Shown here piece by piece: positions 51,551 through 59,889 of a stretch of DNA of 64,000 nucleotides (position 1 is the first letter of the stretch; each line of letters starts with the position of its first letter). The stretch comes from an uncultured Gammaproteobacteria bacterium (GTDB lineage Bacteria; Patescibacteriota; Patescibacteriia; Patescibacteriales; GWC2-42-12), in NCBI GenBank assembly GCA_964560005.1, contig CAZLKB010000004.1, positions 12,112-76,111 of the forward strand, in the 5' to 3' direction. Made by a program: the position numbers and the translations under genes. The notes beneath the pieces are model-generated. The model was not told the DNA's origin, searched no databases, and worked only from the letters and a program-made list of their open reading frames with translations.

Positions 51551-54500
51551 TTACTGGCACTTTTCACTATCTGTCGGAGTACCATTACAGCAAGACGGTG
51601 CTGCCGGATCAATAAGCGTCGCAGCACAGTCCAGGCTCCCGCTCGGCAGATAACAATTCTGATAAATGTCCTTTAAGCCCGAGCCTGCCTGGGCCCGATA
51701 AGACCTGGCTTTGCCGAAACTGCTATGGTTAAGAAAAACATCTGATTCTTCATACTCCCCGTCTCTAGGCTCTTTATCAAAACCCTTATTGGTTACCCAA
51801 TAAGCCAAAGGTTCGGTGGCGTAAGCCTTTAAATTTATCAGCTGGTGAATAACTTTTTCTTTATTATTGGTTACAGTCACATTGCCGGTGGTTAATCTAG
51901 AAGACATCATCAGTTTATCAAAATGCATAGAGATCGGCTTAACATAGTCGGCGGTCGCGAAATCATACGCTTTAGTAATGGGGTCGGTTAAGGTTATTTT
52001 CGGGCTGGTGAGATCTAGTAAATTATTTATAAAGAACTTCCAGAGGAAATTGTCGCCTTTTTCCTGGGCATTTGCTAAAGATCCGGCGCTACAAGCTACA
52101 ACCCCGCAAATCGTTAATTTATCGGCCTGACTGCACTGCTTATTGCCGCATAAGCCGTAGAGATCGTTTTCATTATAATAACTAACCGACCCTTGAGCTA
52201 AATCGTCGCGGTTGCCGTCTAAAGAATTTATGGCCGCATCCATGATTCCGCCTTTCACGCTATCCATTAAATACATTAAATCAGCCTGGGGATAATTTTC
52301 ATTGCTTGGATTTACGCAAACTTTTGTCGTATGGCAAGTATTATAAGGCGACTTGCTGGCGCAGTCAGCATCTGTATCGCAAAGGGCCAGGCCGGCGGCT
52401 TTTAACTCCACGCTTAAATGGCTGTTTTCCGGCAGGCAATATATTTTTTCTCCGCACGAATTAAAACCGCATTCCCTGTCAGAAATAAAATTAACCGTGC
52501 TGTATTGATTGGAAATCTCAAATTTACCTTTAAGGTAATTCGCGGCCACACATTTTGTTCCTTCACATATTAATGACTTGCAGTCTGAATCTTGTGTACA
52601 ATTCGCGCCCGCGGGGGCAGTAGTAGGGTTAGTATTAACTATCCTCTCTTTACATTTTAGTTCTTCTTTATCACACATAAACGACCTGCAATCCGCGTCA
52701 GCCGTACAGCTCAAGTCGGCGGGGTTAGCCGTGGTCGGCTTAGCCGCCGGATCAGCGTTAACCACTCTGATAAAATCATGCACTTCATCCGCCGTGCCGG
52801 AAACCTGCATGGGCATAATGGCTTCGTTAAACTCAATCTGGATGGTGGCGTTCATGGGCTTATCGCGCCGGCCTTTAACCGTAACGGTTTCCGGTCGGTC
52901 GGCTCCATTCTGCTCCATAGAAATTTTTAATGCTTCGGAGTTGCTGGTGTTAAATACAATGTTATTTCCCGCGGAACCGGCTACTATAGCTTCTAATATC
53001 ACAAATTCATTTAAATTTTGTTTAGTGGGAAAAGGCGGAATTGGTTTAACTTCGGTATTATTTTTTAAAGTTTGATAGATATTATACGCAGTAGCAGACA
53101 TTGAATTAGGACCTGCTCCCAAGAGAATTTGTTGATTGCCTGGCGAACCCGAGACAAAAGTATAAACCTTATTGCCAACCGTTAAAGTATCGGCGTCTAT
53201 GGCTCTGGTTACAGTAATATCCCAGCCATTGCCGGCCGAGAAATCATCGCTTAGGCCGCTTAAAGTTAAAACTAAATTACACTCGCTAAAAGATATGGTT
53301 TTGTGGCCGGCGCTTTGTCCGAAAGTTCCCTGGCCCATGAGCATGCTGGCGGGAGCGGGAGAAAAAAGTTGAGCAACCAAAGGGGTTGTGCCCGCGGGTA
53401 TGATTACTTTCAAGATTCCGTCTTGCCGGCAACTTGGGTTAATAACTGCTCCGGCCGGGTCGCCGCCAACTGAAACTACAGATGTAACCTCCGCGATTTT
53501 CTTTACCTCCGGCAATGCGGCAACTATTATCTCCCATGCGGCAGGAGTGGCCGCGCCTACGATATAACTATCCGCGCTGACATCAGGCGCCGGGAAAACT
53601 CCTCCGACCTTAACCTGGGGCGGGGTTAAATCTATTTTAGTGCTGACTTCAAAAGGCCACTCATAGCCCTGGCTGAAAGAGCCGGCAAAAGCATTTTTAC
53701 CATCGGCTTTTTTAATCCCGGTCGTCAAATAGACGCCGTAGTCAATGGGTTCCGATGGCGAGCCTAGATAACTATCCGGCACAAAAATGAAAGTCTTTTT
53801 ATTCGGAGTGGAATATGCTTTTGCTTGTGCTAAGGTGCAAAGAGGATCTATAGTCGCACTTGTGCAAAGAGTATGTTGCGATAATTTAAATATCCTAATA
53901 TTCTTTAACGCGTCAGTGTTAATTTCCTCACCATTGCATTTATTTACATCTGTCGGGTTACTGCAAATAGTAGTTGGATTAATCGCTTCCCTGAAAGTCA
54001 CGATAATGCTGGTATTGCGCGGCACATCTTTCTGATTGCGCGCCGGATAATGGGATTCAATGATGCCGCCGCCCAGGGCGCCCACGCCGATATTGCCCGG
54101 CGGCACGCCCGGCTTTTTATTCGCTCCTCCCCCGCCCGTTAACAGGTTTAGAATAAAACTTACAATGGCGAAGGCCAGTATTATAATAATCAAGCCTATA
54201 ACCGCGTTTTTTAAAACGGTCTTGGCTTTATCAATTTTTTGCGGATCGCCGCCCGAAGTCATCCAGAGAAAACCGCCGTAGATGATTAAGATAACCGCGA
54301 TGATGCCTAAAAAGCCGATGAACCATCTTATCACCCTGGTTATGGTGGTGTATAAATTCGTGCCTGATCCGGCTAAACCCGCGTCGTCCGCGAATTGATC
54401 TCCGGTAGTGCCGTCGCCGCCGGCAGAAAAATAATTATTTACATTAGTAGCGGCTAAAGCCGGCGGGACTAAAGCGAAATCAACCAACAAAAAAATAGCG

Positions 54501-54565
54501 AACATCGCCATTGATAGGCTGACGGCTATCTTAAAAATTTTTGAACTTTTAGCACGGGTAAGCAT
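51551..54565 (-). CDS. 1004-aa surface protein with the same N-terminal T4SS-pilin-type module, SbsA-type Ig-like domains and Cys-rich segments
   Basis: Pilin-like block: IRWFIGFLGIIAVILIIYGGFLWMTSGGDPQKIDKAKTVLKNAVIGLIIIILAFAIVSFIL. Ig-like starts: PARNQKDVPRNTSIIVTFREAINP and DKPMNATIQIEFNEAIMP. Cys-rich: CTADADCRSFMCDKEELKC. Confidence 0.8.
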   Translation of the reverse strand: MLTRAKSSKIFKIAVSLSMAMFAIFLLVDFALVPPALAATNVNNYFSAGGDGTTGDQFADDAGLAGSGTNLYTTITRVIRWFIGFLGIIAVILIIYGGFLWMTSGGDPQKIDKAKTVLKNAVIGLIIIILAFAIVSFILNLLTGGGGANKKPGVPPGNIGVGALGGGIIESHYPARNQKDVPRNTSIIVTFREAINPTTICSNPTDVNKCNGEEINTDALKNIRIFKLSQHTLCTSATIDPLCTLAQAKAYSTPNKKTFIFVPDSYLGSPSEPIDYGVYLTTGIKKADGKNAFAGSFSQGYEWPFEVSTKIDLTPPQVKVGGVFPAPDVSADSYIVGAATPAAWEIIVAALPEVKKIAEVTSVVSVGGDPAGAVINPSCRQDGILKVIIPAGTTPLVAQLFSPAPASMLMGQGTFGQSAGHKTISFSECNLVLTLSGLSDDFSAGNGWDITVTRAIDADTLTVGNKVYTFVSGSPGNQQILLGAGPNSMSATAYNIYQTLKNNTEVKPIPPFPTKQNLNEFVILEAIVAGSAGNNIVFNTSNSEALKISMEQNGADRPETVTVKGRRDKPMNATIQIEFNEAIMPMQVSGTADEVHDFIRVVNADPAAKPTTANPADLSCTADADCRSFMCDKEELKCKERIVNTNPTTAPAGANCTQDSDCKSLICEGTKCVAANYLKGKFEISNQYSTVNFISDRECGFNSCGEKIYCLPENSHLSVELKAAGLALCDTDADCASKSPYNTCHTTKVCVNPSNENYPQADLMYLMDSVKGGIMDAAINSLDGNRDDLAQGSVSYYNENDLYGLCGNKQCSQADKLTICGVVACSAGSLANAQEKGDNFLWKFFINNLLDLTSPKITLTDPITKAYDFATADYVKPISMHFDKLMMSSRLTTGNVTVTNNKEKVIHQLINLKAYATEPLAYWVTNKGFDKEPRDGEYEESDVFLNHSSFGKARSYRAQAGSGLKDIYQNCYLPSGSLDCAATLIDPAAPSCCNGTPTDSEKCQ

Positions 54566-54577
54566 GAGGGGAAATTA

Positions 54578-54685
54578 ATGCAAAATGTAAAAATCAAAAT
54601 GGAAAATGACAGTGTAAAGTTAAAAAATAATTAATAATTTTACATTTTTAATTGTCATTTTGATATTTACATTTTCAACTTTAAA
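54578..54685. repeat. AT-word palindromic spacer (family A) in the divergent region between the 1004-aa gene and rel
   Basis: CAAAATGTAAAAATCAAAATGGAAAATGACAGTGTAAAGTTAAAAAATAATT roughly matches the reverse complement of AATAATTTTACATTTTTAATTGTCATTTTGATATTTACATTTTCAAC. Confidence 0.7.
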
Positions 54686-54691
54686 TTTTTT

Positions 54692-54720
54692 TTGACTTAT
54701 ACCCAGTTTTATAATAATAT
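54692..54720 (+). promoter_or_regulatory. Candidate promoter for rel
   Basis: TTGACT (54692-54697), a 17-nt spacer, then TAATAT (54715-54720), 35 nt upstream of the ATG. Confidence 0.3.
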
Positions 54721-54754
54721 TATAACATAAACAAAATAACAAAAGCAAATAGCC

Positions 54755-56224
54755 ATGACCATAAATCAAATTATCAATAAATTTAAGGAAAGCCACCCTA
54801 AGGCGGACGCTACCATGCTGGAGCTGGCCTATGAATTCGCGCTTAAAGCTCATGGCAATCAAAAAAGAAAAAATGGCGAGGACTACATCCAGCATTGCCT
54901 GCATACGGCCTTTGTCTTGGTGCAGATTAAAGCCGATTATGAAACCATAATCGCCGGCTTGTTGCACGACATCCCGGAAGACACCGAATACACTTTGGCT
55001 GACATTGAAAAAAACTTTGGCGCCGAGGTGGCCGGCCTGGTTGAGGGCATAACTAAATTAAGCAAAATAAAATACCGCGGCATTGAACGCTACCGCGAGA
55101 GCCTGAGGAAAATGTTTCTGGCCATGACGCACGACCTTAGGGTAATCTTGATAAAATTCGCCGACCGCCTGCACAATCTAAGAACGTTGGACTCTCTGCC
55201 TTTGGAAAAACGCCTTCGCATCGCCAAAGAAACTTTGGAAATTTACGCGCCGATCGCCGGCCTCTTAGGCATTATGAAATTAAAATGGCAAATGGAGGAT
55301 ATCTGCTTTAAGCACCTCTACCCGGAAAATTTTAAAAAATTAGCCTATAAGTACGAAGTGGAAAAAAGGCTGGAGCATAACCGCTATATTCAAAAAATAA
55401 AAAACATTTTAAGCGTTAAGCTTAAGGAAGCGAAAATTCCTTTCCAGATCACCGGACGATTTAAGCACCTTTACAGTATTTATCTGAAGATGCAGAAAAA
55501 AGACAAAAGATTTGATGAAATTTATGATGTCTTTGCTTTAAGAATTATCGTGCCCGATATTGCCGACTGCTATAAAGTTTTAGGCATTGTCCATTCGCTC
55601 TGGCGGCCCAACCCTAGCCGCTTTAAAGACTATATCGCGGTGCCCAAGCCGAACGGCTACCGCTCGCTCCATACCACGGTTTTCGGGCCGGAAGGCAGGC
55701 CTACCGAATTCCAAATCAGGACCAATGAAATGGACGAAGAATCTAAGTACGGCATCGCCGCCCATTGGTATTATAAAATAAAAGTTAAGAACGGCGGCGA
55801 CCTGAGAAAACAGCCAACCTGGGTGAAAGAAGTCATAAAAATTCAAAAAGAAACCGAGGACACTCACGACTTTATTAAAAAAATAAAATTTGATGTCTTT
55901 CATGATCGTATTTTCGTCTTCTCGCCTAAAGGCGATGTCTTTGATTTGCCTGAGGGCGCCACGCCGATTGATTTCGCCTACACCGTGCATACGGATATCG
56001 GCAATCAGGCGGTCGGAGCCATGGTTAACGACAAAATCGCCAGTTTAGATCAAGGTTTGAGAAACGGCGACCTGGTAGAGATAATCAGGGAGCAAAAACG
56101 CAAAGGCCCCAGCCGCGACTGGCTTAAGTTCGTAAAAACCGCCACGGCCAGGAATAAAATCAAGCAAAATTTGCAAAATACCATGCTTGATAATATAAAG
56201 AAATTCATACCCAGGATGAAATAA
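54755..56224 (+). CDS. rel: Short bifunctional RelA/SpoT homologue (HD hydrolase, synthetase and TGS domains; no C-terminal ACT region)
   Basis: 489 aa. HD: HGNQKRKNGEDYIQH..LLHDIPEDT. Synthetase: RFKHLYSIYLKMQKK, DVFALRIIV, EFQIRTNEM. TGS: IFVFSPKGDVFDLPEGATPIDFAY. Confidence 0.85.
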   Translation: MTINQIINKFKESHPKADATMLELAYEFALKAHGNQKRKNGEDYIQHCLHTAFVLVQIKADYETIIAGLLHDIPEDTEYTLADIEKNFGAEVAGLVEGITKLSKIKYRGIERYRESLRKMFLAMTHDLRVILIKFADRLHNLRTLDSLPLEKRLRIAKETLEIYAPIAGLLGIMKLKWQMEDICFKHLYPENFKKLAYKYEVEKRLEHNRYIQKIKNILSVKLKEAKIPFQITGRFKHLYSIYLKMQKKDKRFDEIYDVFALRIIVPDIADCYKVLGIVHSLWRPNPSRFKDYIAVPKPNGYRSLHTTVFGPEGRPTEFQIRTNEMDEESKYGIAAHWYYKIKVKNGGDLRKQPTWVKEVIKIQKETEDTHDFIKKIKFDVFHDRIFVFSPKGDVFDLPEGATPIDFAYTVHTDIGNQAVGAMVNDKIASLDQGLRNGDLVEIIREQKRKGPSRDWLKFVKTATARNKIKQNLQNTMLDNIKKFIPRMK

Positions 56225-56264
56225 AAAATGTAGAGACGCAATGCATTGCGTCTCTACATCTTTT
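56222..56264. terminator. Bidirectional terminator: a perfect 32-nt palindrome between convergent rel and yqeY-like genes
   Basis: ATGTAGAGACGCAATG|CATTGCGTCTCTACAT (56228-56259), flanked by A6 and T4 runs. Confidence 0.8.
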
Positions 56265-56748
56265 ATTTCCCTAATAATTTTTTAACTAAGGCACCGACCC
56301 TATTGCCATCGGCTTTGCCCTTAACCTTGGCCATGGCCCGGCCCATGACTTTGCCGAAATCCTGAACTCCGGCAGCGATTATTTCTTTGATGATTTTTTC
56401 CAGCTCCTCGTCATTCAACTGCGCCGGCAGATATTTTTCTAAAATTTTTATTTCGTGCGTTTCCTTGTCAACCAAGTCCTGGCGCTTACCCTGCTGGTAA
56501 GCCTCCACTGAATCACGCCGTTTTTTTATCTCGCTGGAGATAACTTCGGTTATCTGGCCATCGGTCAGCTCAGCCCTGCCGTCTTGCCTGCCCGCCGAAG
56601 CCTCGGCGAAGGCGGGCCGCAAGCTAATTTCTTTGTTGCGCATAGCCGCGATTAACATCCTTAAGGTTGACAGCTCTTCGGTACGCCTTTCTTTCATGGC
56701 GATTTTCAGATCCTGATTAATTTGTTCTGATAATTTAGGCATAAACAT
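56263..56748 (-). CDS. GatB/YqeY-domain protein
   Basis: 161 aa with the YqeY-type blocks LKIAMKERR, EIKILEKYLP and GKVMGRAMAKVKGKADG. It sits downstream of rpsU, as in many Firmicutes. Confidence 0.8.
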   Translation of the reverse strand: MFMPKLSEQINQDLKIAMKERRTEELSTLRMLIAAMRNKEISLRPAFAEASAGRQDGRAELTDGQITEVISSEIKKRRDSVEAYQQGKRQDLVDKETHEIKILEKYLPAQLNDEELEKIIKEIIAAGVQDFGKVMGRAMAKVKGKADGNRVGALVKKLLGK

Positions 56749-56752
56749 ATTT

Positions 56753-56972
56753 TGTCATTGCGAGGAGCGCCTTTAGCCCCGGGCTTGACCCGGGGGACGA
56801 AGCAATCTCGCTCTCTGTCATTGCGGGCTCCCGCCCGCATCGCCAGCGAAGCGTGGCGGGCGCGGTGACCCGCAATCCACCCCGCACTTTGCGGGGCGGC
56901 TCGCCTCCCGCCCTAGGCGGGCAGGTCGGCTTTAAGGCCGGAATGACAATAAGACGGTCGCTCGCAATGACA
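56753..56972. repeat. 220-nt GC-rich MITE-like element with perfect 12-nt terminal inverted repeats
   Basis: TGTCATTGCGAG (56753-56764) is the reverse complement of CTCGCAATGACA (56961-56972). The interior is a chain of GC hairpins. These are ATTGCGGG..CCCGCAAT, CCCGCC..GGCGGG, CCCCGC-actt-tGCGGGG at 56880-56896, and CCCGCC-cta-GGCGGG at 56907-56921. Confidence 0.8.
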
Positions 56973-56983
56973 ATTCAAAGAGT

Positions 56984-57220
56984 TTACCATCTTTTTTTCG
57001 GCTCTTCTTTTAACTTGCCGATTTTCTTTAAATACTCTCTATTTGAATGAAGCTTCATGCCGACTAAAGCACGCTTTTTCTGCTGAGTTTTATTGATTTT
57101 CGGCTGAACATGCTGAATCTGGCGGGCTAAATACAATTTGCCGCTTTGCTGAAGCTTCTTATTGAATCTCCTTAGGAAACTCTCAAAACTCTCTCCCTTT
57201 TTTCTTTTAAATTCCGCCAT
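56984..57220 (-). CDS. rpsU: 30S ribosomal protein S21
   Basis: 78-aa basic protein. The block SFESFLRRFNKKLQQSGKL..AR matches the S21 pattern. Confidence 0.8.
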   Translation of the reverse strand: MAEFKRKKGESFESFLRRFNKKLQQSGKLYLARQIQHVQPKINKTQQKKRALVGMKLHSNREYLKKIGKLKEEPKKRW

Positions 57221-57256
57221 GTTAACACCTGCCTTTCTTTTTAATATTATTATTGT

Positions 57257-57348
57257 CCTACAAATCTACAAATCGTCTACAAATACTACAAATTCTCTTA
57301 AAATATTTTGATTTGTAATATTCGTAGCTGATTCGTAGATTTGTGGGG
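57257..57348. repeat. AT-word palindromic spacer (CTACAAAT words) between hisS and rpsU
   Basis: CCTACAAATCTACAAATCGTCTACAAATACTACAAATTC roughly matches the reverse complement of GATTTGTAATATTCGTAGCTGATTCGTAGATTTGTGGGG. Confidence 0.7.
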
Positions 57349-58803
57349 TTATTTTGCCGGACTGCCCAGCCTCTTTTCCACTTCCGCAAGAATTTTCTTG
57401 TAGTCAATTATTTCTTGAATGCCGGATTCCATATCGCGAATTAAGATGGTGCCGTCCATAACTTCTTTCTGGCCTAAAATCAAAGTATATTTTACTCCCA
57501 TCTTATTGGCCATTTCCAGCTGGCCTTTTAAGCTATCTTTGGTAAAAGCCTGCCGCACATTAAAGCCGGCTTTGCGCAAAACTTCAAATAATTTCATGAT
57601 TTTTCTCCTGGCCTGATCGCCTAATTGTGCTAAAAAAATGTCGCCTTTTTCTTCGTCCTTGATGGGAATATTTTTCTCTTTTATTTTTAAAATTACCCGT
57701 TCCAAGCCGATACCGAAGCCGCAAGCCGGAGTCGGCCGCCCGCCCATATATTCCACCAAGCCGTCGTAGCGGCCGCCGCCGCCCAAGGCCGATTGCCTGG
57801 ATAACTCCGCTTTACCGGCCTCCGGTTTATTCGCATAAGCTAAACCGGCAACGGCTTTGCCATGGCTATTCTTATTGGATGATTCGCTTAGCTCTGCTTC
57901 GGCATCAACCGCGGCCTCTAAATTGACCGGCCAGACTTCAAACACGGTGCGATTATAGTAATCCAGTCCTCTGACCAGAGTCGGATTTAAATTATAAGGT
58001 ATGTCCAGCTCATCCAGATATTCCAGAACTTTTATAAAATGATTGCGGCAATCATCGCACAAGCTATCAACTATCTGCGGCGCTTCAGCCGCCATTTCCA
58101 CGCATTGCTTTTCCTTGCAATCAAGCAGGCGCAAAGGATTCTTAACAAGCCTCTTTTTACAGTCATGGCATAACTTGGCTCGACGCCCCCGTTCTTTATA
58201 AAAATCTTCCAGTTTAACCAAATAATCTTTTCGGCATAAGGAACAGCCGATGCTATTTATCTGGATGACGACTTCAACCTGCAATTCGTGGAAAAAATAA
58301 TAGGCCACCGAGATAAGTTCAGCGTCGGCTACCGGGCTGGGCTCCCCGATATTTTCTAAATTAAACTGGCTGAATTGGCGGTAGCGTCCGGCCTGGGGCT
58401 TGTCATGCCTGAAAACCGGTCCGAGCCAGAATAATTTCACCGGCTGAGGCAGATTAAACATGCCGTGCTCAATATAAGATCTGACTATTCCGGGGGTGGC
58501 TTCAGGCCGTAAGGCGATCTTGTCGCCGTTTTTATCAACAAAAGAAAACATTTCTTTAATGACAATATCCGAACCGCGGCCGCTGGAGCGTTCAAAAAGT
58601 TCAAGGCTCTCCAGCACCGGCGTATCCATCCGCCTAAAACCGTAAGATTTAGAAAGTTCCGTGGCTTTTTTAACGGCTAAATTCCAATACCTGTACTCAT
58701 CCGGCAGAACATCCTTCATCCCCCGAAGGCGGGAAACGAATTTTCCTTTTCTGACTCTAAAAATTTCTTCTGGGTTTTCTTTTTTCTTAAACATTTTTGG
58801 CAT
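57349..58803 (-). CDS. hisS: Histidine--tRNA ligase
   Basis: 484 aa with blocks LRPEATPGIVRSY, NPLRLLDCK, VRGLDYYNRTVFE and GGGGRYDGL, plus a C-terminal anticodon-binding domain. Confidence 0.93.
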   Translation of the reverse strand: MPKMFKKKENPEEIFRVRKGKFVSRLRGMKDVLPDEYRYWNLAVKKATELSKSYGFRRMDTPVLESLELFERSSGRGSDIVIKEMFSFVDKNGDKIALRPEATPGIVRSYIEHGMFNLPQPVKLFWLGPVFRHDKPQAGRYRQFSQFNLENIGEPSPVADAELISVAYYFFHELQVEVVIQINSIGCSLCRKDYLVKLEDFYKERGRRAKLCHDCKKRLVKNPLRLLDCKEKQCVEMAAEAPQIVDSLCDDCRNHFIKVLEYLDELDIPYNLNPTLVRGLDYYNRTVFEVWPVNLEAAVDAEAELSESSNKNSHGKAVAGLAYANKPEAGKAELSRQSALGGGGRYDGLVEYMGGRPTPACGFGIGLERVILKIKEKNIPIKDEEKGDIFLAQLGDQARRKIMKLFEVLRKAGFNVRQAFTKDSLKGQLEMANKMGVKYTLILGQKEVMDGTILIRDMESGIQEIIDYKKILAEVEKRLGSPAK

Positions 58804-58814
58804 AGTAGAAAATT

Positions 58815-58920
58815 TAAAATGAAAATCTCAAAATGAAAAATGACAATGTAAAATTTAAAATTAGCTAATTCATAATTTTACATTTTAAACTGTCATTTTT
58901 AATTTTGATTTTTCAACTTT
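58815..58920. repeat. AT-word palindromic spacer (family A) between lepB and hisS
   Basis: It is centred on the perfect palindrome AATTAGCTAATT (about 58859-58870). The arms are TAAAATGAAAATCTCAAAATGAAAAATGACAATGTAAAATTT and AATTTTACATTTTAAACTGTCATTTTTAATTTTGATTTTTCAAC. Confidence 0.7.
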
Positions 58921-58923
58921 ACA

Positions 58924-59487
58924 TTAATATGAGTATTCCGGCGCGGAAAAAACATTAATCCGATTAAACGGCCAACCGCGGAGTAGCACTCGCCCGGTGA
59001 TATACTTCTCGTTCACCGCGCCGAAACTCCGGGAATCTTTAGAAGAATTGCGGTTATCGCCCAAGACATAAAATTCACTATCGCTTAAAGTAATAGTTTC
59101 TTCATTTAAGCCGTAAGTCCTTAAGTCCGATGACAAATATTGTTCTTCCAGCTGAAAACCGCTCGGCTGCGCTTGATTATAGATATAAACAAAACCGTCT
59201 TTAATCTGAATTTTCTCTCCGGGTAAGCCGATGATTCTTTTTATGAAAAATTCTTCCGGGTTCCTGGGGTAGCGGAAAACCACGATATCTCCTCGCACCG
59301 GCTCGTGAAAACGATAGCTGATTTCATCAATAATTAGGTATTCTTTATCATAAAAATTCGGCTCCATGGAAGCGCCCTTAACATAGAAGGGCTGAATTAA
59401 ATAATATCTGATAGGGATAATGATGGCTAAAGAAATTACTACGACTTTAACTAATTCAAAAATATAAGCTAAAAATTTTTTTAACAT
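58924..59487 (-). CDS. lepB: Signal peptidase I
   Basis: 187 aa with the catalytic Ser box GASMEPNF, the Lys box RGDIVVF..KRIIGLPGE, and GDNRNSSKDSR. Confidence 0.9.
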   Translation of the reverse strand: MLKKFLAYIFELVKVVVISLAIIIPIRYYLIQPFYVKGASMEPNFYDKEYLIIDEISYRFHEPVRGDIVVFRYPRNPEEFFIKRIIGLPGEKIQIKDGFVYIYNQAQPSGFQLEEQYLSSDLRTYGLNEETITLSDSEFYVLGDNRNSSKDSRSFGAVNEKYITGRVLLRGWPFNRINVFSAPEYSY

Positions 59488-59802
59488 AATAAATAAGAAT
59501 AAAAAGCTTTATTCAGCGGAGTTTACCCCGTTAAATAATACTACAACTGTTTATTCGCAATTACAATAACCTTTTAATTGTGTCAGTAAATATAATACCA
59601 AAAAGCTTTATTTAGCGGGGTAAATAAGCTTAGAACATTATTAGTATTTTGTCTACTTGTTATTATAACTACTTACTCGAAAAAAAACAACCCCTTAACT
59701 AATAAACGACGATACACGCAGTTGACACCACCGATAAAAAAACAGTAAAATACATCCTTAAATCTCTAATTAGTATGATGTTCAACATTAAAACTCCATC
59801 GT

Positions 59803-59831
59803 TTGTCAAAACCAAGAAACATATATATACT
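59803..59831 (+). promoter_or_regulatory. Candidate promoter for the LCP gene
   Basis: TTGTCA (59803-59808), a 17-nt spacer, then TATACT (59826-59831). It is followed by the leader hairpin ACCCCGTTAG..CTAACCGGGGT (59843-59868). Confidence 0.35.
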
Positions 59832-59889
59832 AAACAGTATGGACCCCGTTAGATTACTAACCGGGGTAATGTAACTAAAATTAGAAAAA

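Noticed and set aside
54620-54967. 115-aa minus-strand ORF overlapping the start of rel
   Set aside because: It runs antisense to a well-supported RSH gene, and its 3' part lies in the palindromic spacer. No motif is present, so I treat it as spurious.
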